Part shown: positions 39,998 through 49,180 of the stretch, in pieces | How positions within the stretch are numbered: the stretch's first letter is position 1 | How the letters are laid out: every line of letters begins with the position of its first letter | DNA from: Octopus bimaculoides | Taxonomy: Eukaryota | Reading direction: 5' to 3' | Assembly (NCBI RefSeq): GCF_001194135.2 | Contig: NC_068988.1 | Coordinates: 62,527,534-62,576,713 of the forward strand | Length of the DNA: 49,180 bases | Notes under the pieces: model-generated | What the model was told of the DNA's origin: nothing | What the model saw: only the letters and a program-made list of their open reading frames with translations | The model's database searches: none | Made by a program: the position numbers and the translations under genes

Positions 39998-40242
39998 GTC
40001 AGTTTTTCTATTTCATCTGTTTGGGTTCGATAAAAAATTACTATTCTAGGGGAGTGAGTTGGGGAAACTTTGAGAGAGAAAGATAGTGTAAATTATGGTA
40101 ATACATAAACCTTTCGCTCCCTATTGAGTATAGATCATCGACGACCTTTTCTCTTGTTCAACATCTGGAATCTCTGCAGTCGAATCCCTGATTCAGTATA
40201 CTGTCCCATGTTACTCTAAGGGAAAACCCTTTCCTCTTGCAG

Positions 40243-40280
40243 ATTTTGTTGCTTTTGAATTGTCTTCGTTGTCTCAGTGA
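40243..40280 (+). CDS. Possible next exon (DFVAFELSSLSQ*), either terminal or ending at CA|GTGAGA
   Basis: Strong acceptor CCCTTTCCTCTTGCAG|, in phase with the 39893 exon. TGA at 40278-40280 overlaps an alternative donor GTGAGA. Confidence 0.35.
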
Positions 40281-40308
40281 GAATGCATTTTATGGGTAGG
40301 ATTGTTAG

Positions 40309-40451
40309 TGTTGTGTCGACGCCCACAGGCGAAGACACAACACTCTCCCAAGACATATAAATAGAGGTAGTCTGGCCGTGGTAGGAGTGTTGAGTAGCAG
40401 TCGAGTAGCAGTTGTGTAGCGGTTGAGTAGAGATCATCCGAAGACATAACA
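40309..40451 (+). mobile_element. 143-bp solo-LTR-like element with 5-bp TSD
   Basis: Begins TGTTGTGTC and ends GACATAACA (TG...CA, 8/9 inverted). GTTAG is duplicated exactly at 40304-40308 and 40452-40456. Internal TATAAATA at 40356-40363. Confidence 0.8.
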
Positions 40452-40503
40452 GTTAGCTAAGTGCAAATCCATTTTTAATTCGGGTACCTAGCTAATACCC
40501 GAA

Positions 40504-40670
40504 ATGATACCTACAAAACTGAAAAGGACTGGAATTGAAGCTCGCATTGTTGACCTGCAGAAAAATACCATGCTATACAGTGCAAGAATCTTAAGGAAGA
40601 TTTTAAAGATTTGAGGACACTTGCTGTCGCCAAACCACGTGATAAAATACCTGCAAAATATATTATGATG
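40504..40670 (+). mobile_element. R4/Dong-like LINE extreme 3' fragment
   Basis: 40504-40614 reads MIPTKLKRTGIEARIVDLQKNTMLYSARILRKILKI*, the same terminal motif (QK...L.ARILRK.L*) as the 1940 element but a different subfamily. A short 3'UTR and a (GAT)n tract follow. Confidence 0.7.
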
Positions 40671-40675
40671 CATTA

Positions 40676-40687
40676 GCGTGATGATGG

Positions 40688-40721
<34 letters not shown>

Positions 40722-40785
40722 GGTGGTGGTGGTGGTGGTAGTGGTAGTGGTGGTGGTGGTCGACGTCGTCGTCGTCGTTGTGATG
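40676..40785. repeat. Compound (GAT)n-(GGT)n-(CGT)n array
   Basis: Direct reading. Confidence 0.95.
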
Positions 40786-40939
40786 GGCGTGGTGTCTCTT
40801 CCAGAAATAGACAAATGTCGAGCTACAGAATTAAGACAGACAAACTACAAATCTACTGGCATTGCACAATTCCCACGACCCTAAAACTAACGGCTACAGA
40901 CTACACCTACTATAATAGCAATAATGAAACACCTTTTTT

Positions 40940-41135
40940 TTATAAGTACAAGGCCGTAAAATTTTAAAGGTTTGGCTAGTCGTTTAATCAAATTGATACT
41001 TATTTTACCAATTCTGAAATGGTAAAAAGCAAGGTTGACCTCGACGGAATTTGAACACGGAACGTAAAGAAGGACGAAATGCCGCTAAGTATTTTGTTCG
41101 GTTTTATAACGAGTGAGCCAGTCAGCTCGGCGTCT
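40940..41135 (-). mobile_element. tRNA-derived SINE, family A (diverged)
   Basis: GCAAGGTTGACCTCGACGGAATTTGAACACGGAACGTAAAG...CAGCTCGGCGTC. Confidence 0.8.
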
Positions 41136-41146
41136 TCGAAAATCAA

Positions 41147-41181
41147 CGACGATGATGATAACGGCAATATTATTATCATCA

Positions 41182-41212
<31 letters not shown>

Positions 41213-41226
41213 CATTATTATTATTA

Positions 41227-41269
<43 letters not shown>

Positions 41270-41311
41270 GAAGAAGAAGAAAAAGAAGAAGAAGAAGAAG
41301 AAGAAGAAGAA

Positions 41312-41360
<49 letters not shown>

Positions 41361-41415
41361 AAAAAAGAAAGAAAGAAAGAAAGAAAGAACGAGAGAACAA
41401 AAGGAAGGAAGGGAA
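41147..41415. repeat. Compound (GAT)-(TAT)n-(AAG)n-(AAAG)n array
   Basis: Source of the poly-I/K/F/L/N ORFs. Confidence 0.97.
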
Positions 41416-42584
41416 ACCAAAACAACATTATTTTAACAATATCCACAAAAGAATTATGAAACACATCGGGAAAGATAAATACTTGTCTCTATCAAAAATA
41501 ATGTATTTCGCAACATTATTTAGCAATTTCTCATGTTTTCCACATTTGGCCATATTTTCTTTTCTTTTCTTGTTATTTTCTATTTTTGTTGCGTTGTAAT
41601 TACTATTTGTATTTAGCAAATGCTTTCAATTAGATTAATTTTCATAATTACTACTGCAATTATTGTATATGCTTGATTGCTCTTTATGTTCAAGTCAGAT
41701 ATTTAAAAATGTTAAAAGGGAGGGAAGAAATTAAATACAACGACATTCTTTTATTCTTGTATTGTTTTCAGTCATTGGATTGCGGCCAAGCTGTGGTACC
41801 GTTTTCAAATATTTTCATCGATAATTTTGGCGCCTGAACTTATTTGAGTTATATTTTATCGAATCATATTTATCGAATTGCTTAAGCGATGTATTTTGAA
41901 ATGAATTTGGTTTGATTCTATTGACTAACTATAAATACGTACACAGAGACGAATTGCTCAAATGCGCATATGACCACTCGCAAACATACACGCACAGAAA
42001 TATCTGGAAGAATATTTTTAAAATTTCATAACGATGAGACTGCTTTCAAAATAAGCTTACTTCTGCCCATTTTTGGGCCACAGCGTTTGTTATGAAGTTC
42101 TCAGCATATTGACAGCTGTCGTCGGGGGAGATGCAGTTTAGAACCAGTGGTGTCTTCGTAATTGCCAAAGCAATGTAGAATGTAACATTAGGGAACCCAG
42201 TGTATGAGTTTATTAAAACACGGTGTTTATTACGAAACACGTTCAGCGAATATTTACGGCACCTAATCAGCAGAGGTTTAAATAAAATGTAGCTTTTTCA
42301 AAACTGAAATGAACTAGCTTCTCCTACTTATTTCCATTTTCCGAAGAACGTGGGTTTTATCGTAGTAGTACGCGCGTTCAAATCCTATCAGGAAAACAGT
42401 TCAGCTGAACATGGGAACGATGCTGTGCAAAACGGTTTGGCAATTGGCTTCGATGGATACTGTTTGTTTGTGATGCTTATCAACGAGACAAGCGTTTGGT
42501 TTTAAGAGCTTCTTCTCAATGCACGTTTTTATTAGCAGTTTTCGAAAAATACCTCATAAATTTGGACTATCTTTTATCTCCTAC

Positions 42585-43002
42585 CCGTTTCAGTCATTAG
42601 ACTGCGGCCATGCTGGGGCACCACTTTGAATTTTTAGTTGAATGAACCGACTCCAGTAACTAACTTTTAAGCCGGGTAGTTGTTCTATCGGTACTTTTGG
42701 CGAACCGCTAAGTTATGGGGACGTGATCACACCAACACCAGTAGTCGAGTGGTTATGTGGAAAGAAGCACAGACACACATACAAACACACACACACGCCC
42801 ACACAAACACACGCCCAAACAAACACACACACACACACATATATACCATGGGCTCCTTTCAGTTTCCGTCGACCAAATCCACTCACAAGGCATTGGTCGG
42901 CCCAAAGCTATAGTAGAAGACACCAGCCCAAGTTACCACATAGTGCGACTGAACCCGAACCATGTGGTTGGGAAGCAAGGTTTTTACTACACAACCACTC
43001 CT
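42585..43002 (-). mobile_element. SINE family B, near full length, with internal (CA)n
   Basis: Same head, CORE-like block and tail as 9690-9999, plus the intervening segment CGAACCGCTAAGTTATGGGGACG that the 9690 copy lacks. Confidence 0.88.
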
Positions 43003-43430
43003 AAATTTTTCTATATTGTACAGTAGAACATATCTATTTATTGTAGCCTATATTCCACTTCGTAATCGGAGGTAAATTATCCTGACTTTATATATATTAT
43101 CACCATGGTAGTAAATACACACAGGCATGTTTTGCACCATGAAACGAAGTTGTATTTTCTTATCATTTATAAATTTACAAAAATATTGGTTACCATACAG
43201 TATCTCTCTAAACCGATAAAATAAGTTCTCAATTAGTGATGAACGGGAAGCACAAAATTGAAATAACTCCAAATGATTACCTTTTATTTGCTCATGAAGA
43301 TATTTATATGAAACGCATTATCGCGTCTTTGTTCCATGAATTATTGGCGAAAGTCAACCTGTATATTCTGTAACTGAGTGCGTATATTACACCATCGATT
43401 ACAGATCCTTGTGAAGGCAGAAGGAATCAG

Positions 43431-43434
<4 letters not shown>

Positions 43435-43466
<32 letters not shown>

Positions 43467-43514
43467 AGTGTGTGTATCTGTGTGTGTGTGGGTGTGGGTG
43501 AGTGTGGGTGTTTT

Positions 43515-43546
<32 letters not shown>

Positions 43547-43547
43547 A
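43435..43547. repeat. (TA)n-(TG)n microsatellite
   Basis: Direct reading. Confidence 0.95.
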
Positions 43548-44316
43548 TAAATATATGCATGTATCTTTCATATACATATATACTATTGCGTCTGAATGTA
43601 ATTTTATTACATTAATCAGTAAATAATTAATTCGATTGCCATTTAATTATAACATATTTCTGCTACTTCTTTCCCTCGTTTACTTTTTTTTTTAACATAT
43701 ATTTCTGTAATTTCATTCTCCATGTTAGTTCGTTCCCTTATTAACCCCTTGAAACACTTAATATTGAAATATTTGCTGGCAAATATTGTGTAACTCCTCA
43801 CTGAATATTTTTCCATTGATTAATCAATCATATTATCTGGAAGGTGAAAGACTACCATAACGTAATATTGTATTGATAAAATGAAAGGGAGATTTAAGTG
43901 TAAATATCTGGAGATAGAGTAAGTGATTATATATTAATTATATATTTTCTTTGGTTATTTTCGAAATTCGCCACGTTTTTGCTGAAAAAAAGGGACAGAA
44001 AACGATAAAAAAATGTTGATTGTAAAGAAAATGTAAATAAATTTCAAAGCCATATTTATAGACGTCAATCAGAAAAGATTGTAAATTGAATTAAATGAGG
44101 AATATAGTATAAGAAGAAGGGTGTTAAAGAAAGCCTGTATGTACTTGGAAGGTGTTTGAGGGAAAGGACGTACCGTACATAAATTGATTACATCTAACTG
44201 GTATTAACTATTTAAACCTGAGAGAAATCGAAAATAATTTTCCTTCTTATTGATTACTTTCCAATACATATATCATAGCAATTTAGTTTTCTTTCATTTT
44301 CTTTTTACCTGTTAAA

Positions 44317-44355
44317 TTATTATTATTATTATTATTATTATCATTAGTAGTAGAG

Positions 44356-44414
<59 letters not shown>

Positions 44415-44762
44415 GGTGGTGGTGGTGGAGGTTGTGGTGGTGGTGGTGGCGGTGCTGCTGCTGCTGGTAGTAGTAGTAGTATCAGCAGCAGCAGTAGTTG
44501 CAGCAGCAGTAGTAGTAGCAGTAGTGGTGGTGGTGGTGGTAGTGGTAGTAGTAGTAGTAATAGTAGTGGCGGTGGTTGTTGTTGTTGTTAGTGGTGGTGG
44601 TGATGGCAGCGGTAGTAGTAGTAGTAGTAGTAGTAGTAGTTGGAGGAGTAGGAGGAGGAGGAAGAGAGGAGGGAGAGTAGGTGGGGCAGCAGCAGCAGCA
44701 GTTGTAGTATTATATCTCCTATCACCAATAACACCATCACCACCACCACCTACGTCACCACC
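44317..44762. repeat. Long compound trinucleotide array (TAT/TAG/GTG/GCA/GGA, then CAC)
   Basis: Source of the poly-V/S/A ORF 44404-44817. Confidence 0.95.
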
Positions 44763-45160
44763 TTATTTTCAGGTAGATTTCCGTCATGGAAATAAATCTA
44801 AGTTAATTCAATCATAGGCAAATGCTAATTATTGCAATCTGGTGCAACCTAATTTTTCTTTAGAGAGTGCAGCGATTTATGTGCGGAAAATATTGAAGCT
44901 TATGGAGACTGATGAAAGAACACATACAGGCCTATACACATATGCGCATGAATAAGTTTACACTTAATAAAAAAAAAACATTCATTTTCAAGTATTCAAA
45001 TGCGTTGCGGTACAGAGACATACCTACAAAGGTACCCCCTCAAACTCAGTATACACATAGAGAAACACACAGTCATATACAAGTATTAACAGACGAATAC
45101 ATACACATATATACGCATACATATAGGCACAATATACATACATATATATANNNNNNNNNN

Positions 45161-45346
45161 AGTAGTAGTAGTAGTAGTTGGAGGAGTAGGAGGAGGAGGA
45201 AGAGAGGAGGGAGAGTAGGTGGGGCAGCAGCAGCAGCAGTTGTAGTATTATATCTCCTATCACCAATAACACCATCACCACCACCACCTACGTCACCACC
45301 TTATTTTCAGGTAGATTTCCGTCATGGAAATAAATCTAAGTTAATT
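45161..45346 (+). other. Exact 186-bp copy of 44623-44808 between two gaps (likely assembly artefact)
   Basis: Identical by eye, offset 538 bp, bounded by N runs on both sides. Confidence 0.8.
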
Positions 45347-45765
45347 NNNNNNNNNNNNNNNNNNNNNNNNNNNNNNNNNNNNNNNNNNNNNNNNNNNNNN
45401 NNNNNNNNNNNNNNNNNNNNNNNNNNNNNNNNNNNNNNNNNNNNNNNNNNNNNNNNNNNNNNNNNNNNNNNNNNNNNNNNNNNNNNNNNNNNNNNNNNNN
45501 NNNNNNNNNNNNNNNNNNNNNNNNNNNNNNNNNNNNNNNNNNNNNNNNNNNNNNNNNNNNNNNNNNNNNNNNNNNNNNNNNNNNNNNNNNNNNNNNNNNN
45601 NNNNNNNNNNNNNNNNNNNNNNNNNNNNNNNNNNNNNNNNNNNNNNNNNNNNNNNNNNNNNNNNNNNNNNNNNNNNNNNNNNNNNNNNNNNNNNNNNNNN
45701 NNNNNNNNNNNNNNNNNNNNNNNNNNNNNNNNNNNNNNNNNNNNNNNNNNNNNNNNNNNNNNNNN

Positions 45766-45799
<34 letters not shown>

Positions 45800-46206
45800 G
45801 TTTATGTGTGCGTGTGTGTATCTATTTATATCCATACATGCAATCATGTAGACATTTATACACAAACATATGTACGCATTAATATCCATTCTCACACACA
45901 TGCATACATGCGAAAGTTTTGTATACTAACGTGTGTAAAAGAGTCCGTATGTATCAGCATATGTATTGTGTGCGAACTATGGTGCATGATTAAGTAAAAG
46001 CGCATTATTACAAGACAGGAAATAAGATTGCATAATATTGAATAGCATTGGAGGTGCAAAGTAAATATAAAATGAAGAAAAGAACGTAAATGAAAAAATA
46101 AAGAGAATATTTAGAAATGTAAGTAATACGATTATTGCTATATTTCAGGGAAGCCGAAAGATTGATCGATATATGTGTGTATGTGTTTGTGCATGTGTTT
46201 GTGAGC

Positions 46207-46254
<48 letters not shown>

Positions 46255-46371
46255 CGTGTGTATGTGCGTGTGGGCGTGTGTATAATCTGCGTGTTTGTGC
46301 GTATATGTGCGTGAGCGTGCATATATATGCATCCGTGTGTTAGCGTGTATATATGTGCGTGCATAAAAACG

Positions 46372-46616
46372 TAGGAGGGGTGCTGAAAAGTCCCCTCATT
46401 TTAAAGGCATCGTGCAAGGCCTGGTTGGCTGTCCGAACTATCGAGCACTATTATATTACATCCAAAATTTCGAGCCCTATTATATGGCTGAGAAAAACTG
46501 AAGGACCGCTTCGATAGGTGTGTGAATCTGAGAAGGGAATGTATTGAATAAAATCATAACTGATCCTCCTACCTTTTCTTTTAACCAAAGCCGAGACCTG
46601 TCCAGCTCGGCCTCTA
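46372..46616 (+). mobile_element. Internally deleted mariner element (MITE)
   Basis: TA-bounded degenerate TIRs: TAGGAGGGGTGCTGAAAAGT, and TAGAGGCCGAGCTGGACAGGT on the reverse complement. 46495-46551 encodes KLKDRFDRCVNLRRECIE*, resembling the mariner C-terminal RWxKCV..GxYxE motif. Confidence 0.7.
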
Positions 46617-47520
46617 TACACACAGTTGACTGCTATGATTAGTAGCGGACTGGGTCTAAGAGTATTGGTTGCCAAGGGTCTAAGGGGGCACACTCGCAAC
46701 TACAGTATTCTTTTCAACTATCTGCAAACACAGCCACGCTGAAATAATTAATGCATTCTTCCAGGAGTGAACAAATAATTCTCAAACTTGAGGGGATGGG
46801 CCACTTAGATACTAACATGGGCCCCCATATACGGATTCTAATGGTGCAGGGGCCCGATTGCTATCTAGCAAGCTGGCAATCTGGCTATGATGCAGCTTAT
46901 TTTGTCCGAGGAAAAATCTTTTCATCGTCATACTATTTTTACACACACAGACTCTATTGTAGTGAACCGAACAACATTCATCGTAACAAAAACGATAGAC
47001 CCCTTAAACGTTGCCAATAAAATGTACTCGCTAAACACATGCATAGATAAAATCCTGCCATTCCATTATATAAAAAAAACAATGATAATACATTCATTGA
47101 TATCGCAGAAAGCTGCCCAGCTGAATAAAAGCTTGGTATATGCAACTGAATAAGCAGTAAGTTAAAGTAACCGGTTATGCTTTATACTTAACATATATAC
47201 ATCAGTAACGGATATGTTGCTTTGGATTTTGTGCGAGACAAACTTTATTCATGGGTATGATATTTATTTATAAAATGCATACATATCGCAGTCAGGGAAT
47301 CATGATCTCAGAGTTGATGTCTGGTAGGCATGTAATTGGCGAGTATACTTCTACGACCAGGCATTAAGAAAATAATATGTGTGTAAACTTCTTGTTTAGT
47401 GTTTGTACAAAAACCGCAGGACACACCTGTACGTATATGTTAAGTGTGATCTGTAAATGGCCGTTTTAATTTAATGTCGTTTCAAACGCATTAACTGAGA
47501 TTGTAAATATAGCTATTTAA

Positions 47521-47758
47521 GACGGGATTTTGTTCCACAAGGGTTTACAGTACGTCATCGTAGAGCTCTACATATTTTTTAGGACGAGGCCCGTCTTCTA
47601 CGCTGCTCGGAATTTCTGGAACCACCGTTGTCACTGGCTTTCAATTATTGTCCAATCCCCATATGCTGCCTTAATATTCCTAGCACCTTCCATGGGTTGT
47701 TGCCTTTATTGAACTCATAAATCAAAATATGCCGAATATGCCCTTTTGTCACTTCCAT
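47521..47758 (-). pseudogene. Mariner transposase N-terminal (HTH) relic
   Basis: MEVTKGHIRHILIYEFNKGNN / GARNIKAAYGDWTIIESQ*QRWFQKFRA / VEDGPRP...YDDVL*TLVEQNP; the typical mariner N-terminus with stops and frameshifts. Confidence 0.88.
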
Positions 47759-48194
47759 GATAGCTTTGAAAAAATAACAGTTAAAATCGAACCGCACTCT
47801 TCAAAACTTGCACTAAGAATGAGAACAAAGTACAATATTTTTTTGCTTTCATAGCAAGTTGATGCAGGTAGTTTATCCCGTACCCCTCCAATTTTTAGTT
47901 CATGCAATTGAAAAACAACACATTATCTATGAAATGAGCAATACATCAAGTGTCTAAAGATGTATTTTCTTGTCATTTAATATTCTGTGATGAATAATAT
48001 GCTGTCTAGGATTTTGTGTCTAATTTGGAAATACAATGAAATATGCTTAGCAATTGAAACAACAGACATTTATATGTTAATAAACATTTAATATACATGA
48101 GTATAGCATATTTCCTTTACCTATACACAATCTTCAACTTTATATTATTTCTTCCTATTGTCACCCCACGCCCAAAAGATATTGACTATGATAT

Positions 48195-48208
48195 ATACGT
48201 ATGTATGC

Positions 48209-48255
<47 letters not shown>

Positions 48256-48350
48256 CATTTATATGTATATATACTTATATATGTATGTATATATATGCGT
48301 GTGTATTTGTATGTATTCATGAATACATATGTATGTGTATATATGTGTGA
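48195..48350. repeat. (TA)n/(TATG) tract (window also ends in (CA)n-(TA)n at 49113-49180)
   Basis: Direct reading. Confidence 0.95.
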
Positions 48351-49110
48351 ACGTATAGGACCGAAACATAAAATCTTTCTTCCCACCGACAAGAAATGAT
48401 TTATTTCCATTCGTAAATTTTCATGAATATTTGATTTTATATGAAGCGTATATCTCGTTGTCACAATCTGTTATAGTTCACTGATAAGAAACTATGATCG
48501 TCTACTCACTGTCTACATCCACACGACGAGAATTTCCATGATATATAGGGGAAAAAGTTCAGAAAATTTAAATAAATTTTGTGTCTAGTAGAAATCCATT
48601 TTTTTAATGATGCAATATATATGTTTTCTAACGTTATCAAATGTCAGATTTTATTAGAAAAGAAAAACTTTTGACATCTTTAAAAATACATATTACTTTT
48701 TTGAAAAAAAACATAACACTAGTATTCATCTTTTTGTTTCTAACTTTTTTTCAAACCTCGCTGATTTTAGTATTGAATTGTAGTATCTTCGAATTGCATC
48801 ATACTATTGTGTTTTTGGACACTATAATATTTGAAATCTCGCATAGTAACAATACCGTGCTTATATTTGATGCAATCATTCCTTAATAATTGCTGGTATT
48901 TTCAGAAGAAATCTTTATAATTATTCAGAAAGTATTACATCAATATTCATGACATAGATTTTGGGAGACATCAGTTTAAATTTCGTGGAAGTGACAGTAC
49001 TTGAAAACAACAGAAAAGGCGGACCGTTGAGCTACACTAAAAGCAATTAAGTATCAAATATTATGTGTCTATGGCTTCTTACATGAAAATCGAATGCATA
49101 TATCTATTGG

Positions 49111-49180
<70 letters not shown>

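Noticed and set aside
44623-45346. Apparent exact 186-bp duplication, including an acceptor-like TTATTTTCAG and VDFRHGNKSKLIQS*
   Set aside because: The second copy is identical and bounded by gaps, so it is most likely a scaffolding artefact. The acceptor has no phase-compatible support.
43-49180. The long ORFs of the six-frame track (e.g. 12109-12921, 15392-16432, 44404-44817, 44912-45997, poly-I/V/H/D/S/T ORFs)
   Set aside because: They are translations of microsatellites, N gaps or SINEs. None shows a recognisable domain or coding-like composition.

Overview
Eukaryotic, AT-rich draft-assembly sequence with ten N-gaps, very dense di-, tri- and tetranucleotide microsatellites and many tRNA-derived SINEs. 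The SINE families and repeat landscape look like a coleoid cephalopod, most likely Octopus (recognition from memory, not a database hit). There are no prokaryotic genes, CRISPR arrays, rRNA or true tRNA genes. Essentially all ORFs in the supplied track are microsatellite, N-gap or SINE artefacts. The window is best read as mostly intron of one + strand gene of unknown product. Its candidate parts are a TATA/Inr promoter and first exon (about 947-1050), a 54-nt exon (25390-25443), a 105-nt exon (39893-39997) and a possible further exon at 40243; at least one linking exon is missing. The introns hold many mobile-element remnants: three SINE families, R4/Dong-like LINE 3' ends, maT (DD37D) and mariner transposase relics, hAT and mariner MITEs, and a 143-bp solo-LTR-like element with a perfect 5-bp TSD. 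The most striking unexplained structures are a 383-bp fold-back palindrome (23560-23942) and inverted SINE pairs around the 39893 exon, both potential long dsRNA. I found no convincing evidence of a wholly new multi-gene system.
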